Assembly (NCBI GenBank): GCA_016234855.1
Contig: JACRNO010000009.1
Coordinates: forward strand, 33,651 to 97,650
Source: Deltaproteobacteria bacterium
GTDB lineage: Bacteria; Desulfobacterota; GWC2-55-46
Length of the DNA stretch: 64,000 nucleotides
Direction: 5' to 3'
A program made the translations under genes and the position numbers. Positions 1-9,260 of the stretch are shown here, in pieces. The number at the start of each line of letters is the position of its first letter. Within the stretch, counting starts at the first letter, position 1. The notes beneath the pieces were generated by a model. The model had not been told where the DNA came from and ran no database searches. It worked only from the letters and a program-made list of their open reading frames with translations.

Positions 1-153
1 CACGTGGTGGAGGGGTACAGGCTCACGATGCTCGCGGGCAGGCCGCCGGTCGTCAACGGACTTATTTATCTTGCGGTGGTCTCGGTGGTGACATTCGCCA
101 TGGGCGGCATATTTTTCAGGAGACTCAAGCCGGGGTTTGCAGAGGTGCTTTAA
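1..153 (+). CDS. wzm: ABC transporter permease Wzm (3' end only, partial)
   Basis: Frame 1 reads HVVEGYRLTMLAGRPP...GGIFFRRLKPGFAEVL*, the typical Wzm C-terminus; directly upstream of the Wzt ATPase. Confidence 0.8.
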   Translation, partial: HVVEGYRLTMLAGRPPVVNGLIYLAVVSVVTFAMGGIFFRRLKPGFAEVL

Positions 154-175
154 GCCGCGCTTAAAGAGACAGGAC

Positions 176-1498
176 ATGGAAATAGCAATCAGCGTAAAAA
201 ATATCAGCAAGAGCTACAGGCTCTATAAGGCCCCACCCGACAAGCTCAAGGAGATACTTAATCCGTTCGGCAGGAAGTATCACCAAGAGTTCCGCGCGCT
301 TAACGATGTTTCGTTCGAAATCAAAAAAGGCGAGAGCGTTGGCATAGTGGGCCGTAACGGCAGCGGCAAGTCGACGCTTTTAAAACTGATTTGCGGGGTT
401 CTTCAGCCAACGTCAGGAGAGGTCTCCGTGCAGGGCAGGGTCTCCGCGCTCCTTGAGCTTGGCGCCGGGTTCAACCAGGAATATACCGGCAGGCAGAACG
501 TCTATATGAACGGGGCGTTGAGGGGGCTGACAAAGGAGCAGGTCGATGAAAAACTAGAATCGATTCTCGATTTCGCCGATATCGGGGATTTTATCGACCA
601 GTCCGTCAAAACCTATTCAAGCGGGATGTACGTCAGGCTTGCCTTCTCATGCGCCGTAAATGTCGAGCCGGACATCTTGATAGTGGACGAGGCGCTTTCG
701 GTAGGGGATATAAGGTTTAAGCATAAGTGTTTCAGAAAGATAGAGAGTTTTAGAGAGGCCGGGAAGACTGTTTTGATGGTCACGCATGACATCGGGAGCG
801 TCAAGAGTTTTTGTGATAATGCCATATGGATAAACAACGGCAAGATTGAGCAAATCGGCAAAGCGGACGCTGTTGTCAGAGATTATTCTTCATTCATGAA
901 TTATGGTCTCGTATCAAAGGGTTCGGTGGCCCTGAAAGATACTAAAGCTCAACGCGGGAATGAAGTGTCCTTAGTTCAACGTGGGAATGAAGCGTCCTTT
1001 GACGCTGACATCCCATGGGAAGAAGTAAGCCATAGTTCTTCCTTTGGGGATGGCGGAGCAATAATCAAAAGGGTGGCCTTCTACGGCAAGGATGACTTTA
1101 AGAAGATCGCCATCCTTGAAGGCGGCGAGTCTGTGGTATTCTCGCTCGATATTGAAGTAAAAGAAGCGTTAGACATGCCAATTGTCGCTTGCAGATTGGA
1201 TAATAAATACGGTATGCATATTTTCGGGGTAAGCAATCTTACTGTCGGAGAAGAATTAAGGCCATTGAACGCTGGCGAGCGTGTAGTTGTAAATATCGAA
1301 TTTGTATTTCCTAAACTTGGGAATGGTCATTATGTTATTGCCGCTGCGATTGCTAATGGCACCAACCAAGCCCATGTACAACAGCATTTTGTGCATGAGG
1401 CGTATATTGTTCAAGTGATAAATCCATCAGTAGCGGCCAAAATGGGACATTGCATCGTACTCGAACAGACCTGGATATCGCTGATGGATTCAAAATGA
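176..1498 (+). CDS. wzt: Polysaccharide ABC exporter ATPase Wzt with C-terminal carbohydrate-binding domain
   Basis: Walker A GRNGSGKST, signature YSSGMYVRLAF, Walker B LIVDEALSVGD, Wzt_C-like C-terminal region (SFGDGGAII...); start chosen at ATG 176 after AGGA. Confidence 0.92.
   Translation: MEIAISVKNISKSYRLYKAPPDKLKEILNPFGRKYHQEFRALNDVSFEIKKGESVGIVGRNGSGKSTLLKLICGVLQPTSGEVSVQGRVSALLELGAGFNQEYTGRQNVYMNGALRGLTKEQVDEKLESILDFADIGDFIDQSVKTYSSGMYVRLAFSCAVNVEPDILIVDEALSVGDIRFKHKCFRKIESFREAGKTVLMVTHDIGSVKSFCDNAIWINNGKIEQIGKADAVVRDYSSFMNYGLVSKGSVALKDTKAQRGNEVSLVQRGNEASFDADIPWEEVSHSSSFGDGGAIIKRVAFYGKDDFKKIAILEGGESVVFSLDIEVKEALDMPIVACRLDNKYGMHIFGVSNLTVGEELRPLNAGERVVVNIEFVFPKLGNGHYVIAAAIANGTNQAHVQQHFVHEAYIVQVINPSVAAKMGHCIVLEQTWISLMDSK
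949..999 (+). repeat. 27-bp-period tandem duplication in Wzt linker (QRGNEVSLV-QRGNEASF)
   Basis: tcaacgcgggaatgaagtgtcctt (949-972) vs tcaacgtgggaatgaagcgtcctt (976-999), 22/24 identical. Confidence 0.8.
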
Positions 1499-1523
1499 CG
1501 GCAGATAGTAATCGGGTGCGGTA

Positions 1524-2102
1524 ATGGAAGACGGTAAACAAATTAAAACCACTTTGCGCATGCTTCATTCGGATAAGCCCAATATTGTCGTGGGGCGTTA
1601 TACCTACGGCAATCCTCTGCTTCTTACCTGGGCCGAAGATGAAAGGATAACTATCGGCGCATTCTGTTCTTTCGCCAGGGAGACGGCTGTCCTGGGGGGC
1701 GGGGAGCATCGATATGATTGGATTACCACGAGCCCGATCAGAATAATGTTTGACCTGCCTGGCGCAAGAAAAGACGGAATACCTTGCTCTAGAGGAGAAA
1801 CCGTAATTGGCAATGACGTATGGATGGGCTTCAGGTCCATTATATTATCCGGTGTGACCGTCGCGGATGGCGCTGTGATAGGGGCCGGCGCGGTAGTGGC
1901 TAACGACGTTCCGCCATATGCGGTGGTTGCCGGTAATCCTGCCAAGGTCATCAAATACCGTTTCGAAGAAAGCGTACGGAACGACCTTCTGAGCATAAAG
2001 TGGTGGGATTGGCCGATAGAAAAGATCATCGACAGCGTTGATCTCTTATGTTCGAATGACGCTGATGCCGTTAAGAAACTGATGGCTTTAAGTAGGTGTT
2101 GA
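1524..2102 (+). CDS. CatB/Vat-family hexapeptide O-acetyltransferase
   Basis: VGRYTYG, IGAFCSFA, IGNDVWMG, hexapeptide repeats GVTVADGAVIGAGAVVANDVPPYAVVAGNPAKVIKYRF, KWWDW. Confidence 0.88.
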   Translation: MEDGKQIKTTLRMLHSDKPNIVVGRYTYGNPLLLTWAEDERITIGAFCSFARETAVLGGGEHRYDWITTSPIRIMFDLPGARKDGIPCSRGETVIGNDVWMGFRSIILSGVTVADGAVIGAGAVVANDVPPYAVVAGNPAKVIKYRFEESVRNDLLSIKWWDWPIEKIIDSVDLLCSNDADAVKKLMALSRC

Positions 2103-2156
2103 TTGCAGCGAATTCCCATGCCGTCATAACCGTTTAAAAAGCATTTAAGGAAGAAT

Positions 2157-3833
2157 ATGCACCAGAGCTCGTTTGATAAGATGTCGAAATTCCGGGAGAC
2201 ATACCTGGCCGGCCGGGAACGGGAACCGTTGTTGATATTAGATCTCGGGAGCATGGATGTAAACGGCTCATACCGGCCTCTTTTTGTTTCTGATTCATGG
2301 CAGTATAAGGGCATTGACCTGGCGGAAGGAAGAAACGTAGATATCGTCCTTCCTAATCCCTACGACTGGACAGGGATTGAGTCCACCTCGGTTGATGTCG
2401 TGGTATCAGGACAGGCATTCGAGCATATAGAATACTTCTGGCTTACGATGCTTGAGATAGCAAGGGTCTTAAAGCCTGGCGGCTTGTGCTGCATTATCGC
2501 CCCTTCAGGCGGTTTCGAGCACAGGTACCCGGTAGATTGCTGGAGGTTCTATTCCGACGGATTCTCTGCGCTCGGTCGTTTTGCAGGGTTGGAGGTGCTG
2601 GATGCTTATACGCAAAAAGAGAATCTCGGCTACAAGGATGACAGCGATACATGGAAGGATTCGGTAATAATCTGCAGGAAACCGGCCCGCCCGCTCGAAC
2701 AAGCGGGCCTCTCGCAATTCAACAGGGATATCCTGATAGAGGCTTACAAAGTGACGGTTGCCGATGCTGGCCAGCCGTTAAAGGTCGATTTTAATCCTAT
2801 CGAACATCCGCGCTCCTTTTTTGAGGAACCCCAGAAGCTCTCTGACATAGCAAGCTGGCATGAGCACATGCCGTTTGCCTTTTTAGTAATGGATATTCTC
2901 AAGCCGAGGGTTTTTGTGGAGCTTGGCGTCCATAAAGGAGATTCATATCTCGCGTTTTGTCAGGCCGTTAAAAATTTCGGCATTGATGCAAAGTGCCACG
3001 GCGTGGACACCTGGAAAGGCGAGGAGCATGCTGGGTTCTATGACGAGAGCGTTTATAATCAGTTGACAGCTTATCACGACCCGTTATATGGAAATATCTC
3101 AACACTTTTGAAGATGACTTTCGATGAGGCGCTTGCAAAATTTGCCGATAAGAGCATCGACCTGTTACATATCGACGGTCTGCACAGTTACCAGGCCGTT
3201 AAGCACGATTTTGAAGCATGGCTTCCGAAGATGAGCGATTCAGGCGTAATTCTTTTTCATGATACGAATGTCCGCGAACGCGACTTCGGGGTCTGGAGGC
3301 TCTGGTATGAGATAAAAGATAAGTATCCGAGCATGGAATTCAAGCATGGGCATGGGCTTGGCGTGCTTGCGGTTGGGCGAAGCCTGCCGCAGGATTTCGT
3401 TGATATGCTTGCCGCCGGCAAGGTCGATAACTCGGCGCTATTGCACTTGATGTATTTGCTGGGTTCGCGTAACTCTCTTAAGTATACTGTTGCCTCCAGG
3501 GACAGGGAGTTAGTCTCTTTCAGGGAAAAGTCAACTGCGCTTGAGAATAGATTGAAGGCCGAGGAAGAGAAGGCAAGGAACAAGGACAAGGAGATAGCCT
3601 CTTTTAGAGAAAAGTCCAATATGCTTGAGAGCCAACTTAAGGCATCGGAAGAGAAGATTAAGGCAGGGGAAGAGAGGACAAGGAACAAGGACAGGGAAAT
3701 AGCATCGTTAAGAGAAAAGTCCAAAGCGCTCGAAAATAGGCTGACTGATATCCTGCATAGCAAGAGTTGGCAGGTTACCGTTCCGCTAAGGGCCGTTGGC
3801 GGGCTTTTTACGAGGAAGCCGGCAAAACGCTGA
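2157..3833 (+). CDS. Two-domain SAM methyltransferase with coiled coil and C-terminal SxSWxVTxPLR helix (WbdD/WsaE-like chain terminator candidate)
   Basis: Domain 1 LDLGSMDVNG...QAFEH...RVLKPGG; domain 2 FVELGVHKGDS, DTWKGEEHAG, DLLHIDGLHSY, ILFHD (Methyltransf_24-like); heptad repeats; SKSWQVTVPLR. Confidence 0.8.
   Translation: MHQSSFDKMSKFRETYLAGREREPLLILDLGSMDVNGSYRPLFVSDSWQYKGIDLAEGRNVDIVLPNPYDWTGIESTSVDVVVSGQAFEHIEYFWLTMLEIARVLKPGGLCCIIAPSGGFEHRYPVDCWRFYSDGFSALGRFAGLEVLDAYTQKENLGYKDDSDTWKDSVIICRKPARPLEQAGLSQFNRDILIEAYKVTVADAGQPLKVDFNPIEHPRSFFEEPQKLSDIASWHEHMPFAFLVMDILKPRVFVELGVHKGDSYLAFCQAVKNFGIDAKCHGVDTWKGEEHAGFYDESVYNQLTAYHDPLYGNISTLLKMTFDEALAKFADKSIDLLHIDGLHSYQAVKHDFEAWLPKMSDSGVILFHDTNVRERDFGVWRLWYEIKDKYPSMEFKHGHGLGVLAVGRSLPQDFVDMLAAGKVDNSALLHLMYLLGSRNSLKYTVASRDRELVSFREKSTALENRLKAEEEKARNKDKEIASFREKSNMLESQLKASEEKIKAGEERTRNKDREIASLREKSKALENRLTDILHSKSWQVTVPLRAVGGLFTRKPAKR
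3498..3743 (+). repeat. Three coiled-coil repeats (28- and 35-aa spacing)
   Basis: RDRELVSFREKSTALENRL / KDKEIASFREKSNMLESQL / KDREIASLREKSKALENRL. Confidence 0.85.
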
Positions 3834-3966
3834 ATATTTTGGACACGGTCGTTTCCCACGTCATGCCGTGCCTTCGTTTGAGCAAACGCGGCGAATTTTG
3901 CCGCCGGGCCGTTTGCAAAAAAAAATGTGATATGACGCAGCCGGATAGATAAGGAGCTTGTAGGCA

Positions 3967-6900
3967 ATGAAGTCGATTTTGCGCAACGTGATGGGCATAT
4001 TCAAAACCTATGACTTCAGTCAGGCCATCCCTAATATCAGGAGGTACGGCCTTGGCGCGTTTTTGAGGAATACCGCGTATGAACTGAGGAGAAAGGAGGC
4101 GCCAGGTTACGCGGCAAGACAGCCTGAAAGGTTGAGGCCGGAGCCGCCGGTGTCTGCGTCTGTTGAGTTTGTCGCGGATAGTGAGTCCGGATATGTGTTC
4201 GGGGAATTATCGGAAAGAATTGCAGAAGAGCGCGCAAAGGTACTCGGCGGCATCAATCCCAAGCCTAAGGACCTTATAACAGTCAATGAATCCGAGCTCG
4301 TTTCCGTCGCTGGAAGTATCCGTTTTAAGGATGTGAACGAGCCGCTCGTATCCATAATCATTCCGGCGATGAACGATGCAAGGCTTACCGTTGAATGTCT
4401 CCTCTCGGTCGAAAAATTCACAAAAACCGTTCCTTATGAAGTGATTGTCGTTGATGATGGCTCTTCAGACCGCACCGGCGATATCATTTCAAGGATTAAG
4501 AATATCACCTGCACAAGAAATCCGGGGCTCATTGGCTATGCGCGCTCCTGCAACAAGGGCGCTGATATTGCAAAGGGAAAGTATCTTGTCTTTCTGAACA
4601 GCCGCATGCAGGTGACGCAGGGCTGGCTCACGGAGCTTGTCGGCACATTTGAAGGACGCTCCTCGGTCGGGGCGGCGGGGGCGAAGATAGTTAATCCTAA
4701 CGGCAGGCTGCAGGAGGTTGCGGTCGTCATAAACCACGACCGCACGATGCAGCCCGTCGGCAGGATGGATGACCCCGATCTGCCGAGATACAGTTATGTC
4801 AGAGAGGTGGACTTTTGCTCAGGAGCTTGTCTTGCCGTGGAGGCGGAGCAGTTTCGCGCCGTCGGCGGCTTTGCAGGCCGTTTTGCGCCTGGTTATCTGG
4901 AGGACGCCGATTTGCAAATGAGGTTGAGAGAAAAGGGGTTGCGCATATTCAGCAACCCGGGTTCCGTAGTAATACATAATATCGCCGCCGCGTCCAGCGG
5001 GACGGATGAGCCATCGAGCGCTCCGGATACTTCGCTGAAACTTTCCGTAAAATGGCACAAGCAGGTTGATGAACTGAATAAAATCCGCCTGATAGCCTTA
5101 TATCTTCCCCAATTCCATCCGATACCGGAAAATGACCGTTGGTGGGGCAGGGGCTTTACCGAATGGCGCAATGTGGCCCGCGCGCAGCCGGTTTATGAAG
5201 GGCACTATCAGCCGCACTTGCCCGCGGACCTGGGTTTTTACGACCTTCGCGTCCCGGAGGTCATGGAAGAGCAGGCCGCGTTGGCCAAAAGATACGGTCT
5301 CCACGGCTTTTGTTTTTATTATTACTGGTTTGCCGGCAAACGTCTGTTAGAGATGCCGTTGGAAAGGATGCTCGAGACAGGCAGGCCCGACATCCCCTTT
5401 TGTCTGTGCTGGGCTAACGAGAATTGGACGCGCAGGTGGGACGGGAGCGAGCAGGAAATTCTCATGAAGCAGGAGCATTCCGAGAAACACGACCACGACG
5501 TCATAATGGACGTTGGTCGTTACCTGCGCCATAAAAATTACATCAAGGTAAACGGCAAACCCGCCTTCCTCGTTTATCGCATAGGCCTCTTCCCGGATAT
5601 CAAACGGACGACCGATATCTGGCGTGATGTCTGCCGCAGAGAGGGCATCGGTGAAATATATCTTGTGATGGTGGAGTCTTTCGAGCACTCCACCGCTGGA
5701 GCGGACCCGTCGCAGTACGGCTTCGATGCTTCCATGGAATTTCCGCCGCATCAGATACCTGCGGTGACAGTCAAGCCGGGCAAGATAATTAATCCGAATT
5801 TTACCGGAGTAATCTACGATTATCGCGATGTCGCTTTGAAGTATATGAGCAAGAAGGCCCCTGGCCATAAGCGGTTTCGCGGCGTGATAATGTCATGGGA
5901 CAATACTGCCCGCAGGCCTAATAATTCTCACATCTTCGCGCACTCCTCGCCTGAGGTCTATCAGGAATGGCTGGAAGGGGCTATTGCGCATACGCGGGAA
6001 CAGAACAGCGCGGAAGAGCGCATCGTTTTCATAAACGCGTGGAACGAATGGGCTGAAGGCGCTCATCTGGAGCCTGACCAGCGTTTCGGGCACGGGTATC
6101 TGAAGGCGACGAACAACGCCCTTTCCAGATATTCGCCCAAGCCCTTGATAATCGTGGTCACGCATGACGCTCATTTTCATGGGGCGCAACTGCTGGCGCT
6201 GAAAATCGTAGAGGCCTTATCAATATCTCTCGGTTGCGAGGTAGTCACTCTGTTGGCCGGCCCCGGTGTTCTGGAAGGGGAATTTGCAAGATATTCAACC
6301 ACGTTTAAGATCTATTCCATGACGGATGGAGAAAAGTCGGATTGCATCAAGGAGCTTTACCTTAAAGGTGTTAGAGAGGCTATTTGCAATACGAGCGTCG
6401 TGGGCGATATCACCGAACTGCTTGCGTCAGAAGGGTTCGAGACGGTGAGCCTTGTCCATGAATTAACGGATTACATAACGGCCAACGGGCTTGAAGGTTC
6501 GCTGAGGAAGGAATTTCAATATTCCAAAAAGGTTATCTTTCCAGCCGGTTATTGCAAGAAAGCCTTCATGGCAAAATTCGATCTGGATTACAATAAGGCG
6601 CTTGTCAGGCCGCAAGGCATCTATAACAAGAATCGTTATCTGTCCCGCAGAGACGAGGCACGCGCGATCGTGAGAAAAAGGCTCAACCTGCCTGCAAGCG
6701 CGAAGATAGTCCTTAATATCGCTTTTGGTGACAGCAGGAAAGGCCTGGATATCTTTGTGAAGACCGGTCTTGAATTGATTGAAAGGTTTGAGAACGTGTA
6801 TTTTGTTTGGATAGGGCATTATGATGAGAGGCTTTTTAACAGCGTATCCGGTTTGATCAGCAAGCACGGGAGGCAGAGGCACTTCTTATTCCCCGGTCTG

Positions 6901-8160
6901 CAAAAGGAAATTGACCTGTACTATTCCGGCTCCGACGTCTTCTTCCTCTCATCGAGGGAGGATCCCTTCCCAGCGGTCGTGCTGGATGCGATGAACGCGG
7001 GCCTGCCGGTTGTGGGTTTTGAAGGCGCTGGAGGATTTTGTGAGATTCTTCAAAATCAAAACGGCGTTACGGTCCCTGCATTTGACGAGGCCGCAGCGGC
7101 GAATGCCATTGAAAAACTTCTGAGCGACGCGGATTATCGCGCTTTGATATCCTCGAACGCGGTCAATGCCGTTGCGAGAGATTACGGCTTTAACGAATAC
7201 GTCTCTTTCTTATTGGGTACGCTTCGCGAAAAAAAAAAGATATCCGTAATCATACCGAGTTATAATTACGAACGATATATAGAAGCAAGGTTGAATACCG
7301 TAATCAACCAGACATACAAACCTTATGAGATCATATTTCTTGACGACGCTTCGACGGATAACAGCCTGGAGCGGGCGAGAAGGGTGCTTGAGCGGTCGGA
7401 CGTGCCTTTCAGGATTATAGAATCTACGGGCGGCAATAGCGGTTGTTACGCCCAGTGGCTCAAGGGCATACGCGCCGCCGGCGGAGAGTTGATATGGATT
7501 GCCGAGTCGGACGATTTGTGCGAGTTGGATTTCCTGGAGAAGATGGCGGGGGCGTTTAACGATTCTGACGCCGTGCTGGCGTATTCGCAGTCGCAGGTCA
7601 TAGACGAGAACTCCAATAAGCTCGATGTTACGTATGTGAAGTATACGAACGATATCTCGGAATCGAAATGGAGGTCCAGTTATGTCGAGGACGGCGGAAA
7701 GGAGATAGCAACCGCTCTTGCCATAAAGAATACAATCCCGAACGTCAGCGCGGTCCTTATGCGGAAAGATATCCTCGACAAGGTCGGGCCTGACCTGCTG
7801 AAGTTCAAGACAAGCGGCGATTGGTTCGTTTATGTATCGATGCTGAAGCATGGAAAGGTATATTTCAATTCCGCGGTTTTAAACTATCACAGAAGGCACT
7901 CTTCCAGTATAATCCACAGGAATATCAAGAATTGGGACCTTGTGATGGAGAATATAACGATTCTTGAAGGCGTGCTCTCTGAGTTTCGGTTGCCGCGGGA
8001 GTCGTTTGAGAAGGCCATTAAAAATATTGAGTATGTCTATGGCTTGATGGGCACGGATGCCCGCTCTATCCTCGAGGACCCTGTTATCAAGGATAGGGTG
8101 AAAGGGCTTTATAATATGTATGATGAGGCGAAAAAACGTATGCCGGGCCGCGGCGAGTAG
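3967..8160 (+). CDS. Multidomain glycosyltransferase: GT2 + WbsX/GH99-like + GT4 + GT2
   Basis: VSIIIPA...VIVVDDGSSD; LIALYLPQFHPIPENDRWWGRGFTEW...INAWNEWAEGAHLEPD; SSREDPFPAVVLDAMNAGLPVV; ISVIIPSYNY...FLDDASTD...IAESDD. Confidence 0.88.
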   Translation: MKSILRNVMGIFKTYDFSQAIPNIRRYGLGAFLRNTAYELRRKEAPGYAARQPERLRPEPPVSASVEFVADSESGYVFGELSERIAEERAKVLGGINPKPKDLITVNESELVSVAGSIRFKDVNEPLVSIIIPAMNDARLTVECLLSVEKFTKTVPYEVIVVDDGSSDRTGDIISRIKNITCTRNPGLIGYARSCNKGADIAKGKYLVFLNSRMQVTQGWLTELVGTFEGRSSVGAAGAKIVNPNGRLQEVAVVINHDRTMQPVGRMDDPDLPRYSYVREVDFCSGACLAVEAEQFRAVGGFAGRFAPGYLEDADLQMRLREKGLRIFSNPGSVVIHNIAAASSGTDEPSSAPDTSLKLSVKWHKQVDELNKIRLIALYLPQFHPIPENDRWWGRGFTEWRNVARAQPVYEGHYQPHLPADLGFYDLRVPEVMEEQAALAKRYGLHGFCFYYYWFAGKRLLEMPLERMLETGRPDIPFCLCWANENWTRRWDGSEQEILMKQEHSEKHDHDVIMDVGRYLRHKNYIKVNGKPAFLVYRIGLFPDIKRTTDIWRDVCRREGIGEIYLVMVESFEHSTAGADPSQYGFDASMEFPPHQIPAVTVKPGKIINPNFTGVIYDYRDVALKYMSKKAPGHKRFRGVIMSWDNTARRPNNSHIFAHSSPEVYQEWLEGAIAHTREQNSAEERIVFINAWNEWAEGAHLEPDQRFGHGYLKATNNALSRYSPKPLIIVVTHDAHFHGAQLLALKIVEALSISLGCEVVTLLAGPGVLEGEFARYSTTFKIYSMTDGEKSDCIKELYLKGVREAICNTSVVGDITELLASEGFETVSLVHELTDYITANGLEGSLRKEFQYSKKVIFPAGYCKKAFMAKFDLDYNKALVRPQGIYNKNRYLSRRDEARAIVRKRLNLPASAKIVLNIAFGDSRKGLDIFVKTGLELIERFENVYFVWIGHYDERLFNSVSGLISKHGRQRHFLFPGLQKEIDLYYSGSDVFFLSSREDPFPAVVLDAMNAGLPVVGFEGAGGFCEILQNQNGVTVPAFDEAAAANAIEKLLSDADYRALISSNAVNAVARDYGFNEYVSFLLGTLREKKKISVIIPSYNYERYIEARLNTVINQTYKPYEIIFLDDASTDNSLERARRVLERSDVPFRIIESTGGNSGCYAQWLKGIRAAGGELIWIAESDDLCELDFLEKMAGAFNDSDAVLAYSQSQVIDENSNKLDVTYVKYTNDISESKWRSSYVEDGGKEIATALAIKNTIPNVSAVLMRKDILDKVGPDLLKFKTSGDWFVYVSMLKHGKVYFNSAVLNYHRRHSSSIIHRNIKNWDLVMENITILEGVLSEFRLPRESFEKAIKNIEYVYGLMGTDARSILEDPVIKDRVKGLYNMYDEAKKRMPGRGE

Positions 8161-8202
8161 CATGATCGTTATCGTTACGCATAATATTATTCGGGTGTCT
8201 AT

Positions 8203-9129
8203 ATGAAGGGTCTGATTTTGGGAGGCGGAGGCTTTATCGGCTCGCACATATGCGACGCGCTTGTCGCCGAAGGCTGGGAAGTGGGGGTCTTTGAGCGTCC
8301 GTTCAGGCTCAGCGACAACGTCGCGCATTTGAAGGGCCGCATCTCGTGGTTCGAGGGTGATTTCTCGAACAGCAGCGATATCGCCTCGGCGCTCGAGGGC
8401 GTAGACGTCGTTTTTCATCTGATAAGCACCACGATACCGAAGACCTCGAATGAGAACCCGCTCTACGATCTCACGTCGAACGTATGCGCGACGCTCTCGT
8501 TCCTGAACGAGGCGGTCAGGGCCGGGGTAACGAAGGTAGTATTCATGTCTTCAGGCGGCACCGTATATGGGATACCTGCGCGGATTCCCATACCGGAGAG
8601 CCATCCGACCGAGCCGGTTTGCGCGTACGGGATACACAAACTGGCCATAGAAAAGTATCTGGCCCTGTATAGCAGGAACTACGGGCTCGATTACGCGGTC
8701 ATAAGGCTGTCGAACCCCTACGGGCCGAGGATGAACCCGTTGTCTGCCCAAGGCGCCATACCGGTCTTTATGTACCGGGCTTTGAAGGGGCAAACCATAG
8801 AGATATGGGGCGACGGCTCGATAGTGCGCGATTATCTGTATATAACGGACGTGGCGCGGGCGGTATGCGCGCTTGCCACGTATTCGGGCGGTGAAAAGAT
8901 ATTCAATATTGGCAGCGGCGTCGGCATGTCCTTGAATGACGTGCTCAAGGGGATAGAGGATGTGATAGGCGAGAAGCTCGATATCCGGTACACCGAAAGC
9001 CGCAAATTCGACGTTCCGGCAAACGTGCTTGATATTACGAGAGCCATGAACGAGATTGCATGGACTCCACAGATAGCCTTCAAGGAAGGCTTGAGAAGGA
9101 CGTGTGATTTCCTGAAGGCTCAGCCATAG
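8203..9129 (+). CDS. NAD-dependent epimerase/dehydratase (extended SDR)
   Basis: LILGGGGFIGSH, SSGGTVYG, YGIHK (YxxxK), RLSNPYG, IWGDGSIVRDYLY. Confidence 0.9.
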   Translation: MKGLILGGGGFIGSHICDALVAEGWEVGVFERPFRLSDNVAHLKGRISWFEGDFSNSSDIASALEGVDVVFHLISTTIPKTSNENPLYDLTSNVCATLSFLNEAVRAGVTKVVFMSSGGTVYGIPARIPIPESHPTEPVCAYGIHKLAIEKYLALYSRNYGLDYAVIRLSNPYGPRMNPLSAQGAIPVFMYRALKGQTIEIWGDGSIVRDYLYITDVARAVCALATYSGGEKIFNIGSGVGMSLNDVLKGIEDVIGEKLDIRYTESRKFDVPANVLDITRAMNEIAWTPQIAFKEGLRRTCDFLKAQP

Positions 9130-9260
9130 CGTTAAGAAGGAAGAAAAGCTGTATCGCTGGTGTGGGAATATCAGCCAGCCAGGCGTAAGCGCTTGAAGCA
9201 ATTCGCCGACGGGTTATCGGTAATTAGCTGTACGATGACAAGGCATGAAAGGAGAAGGAT

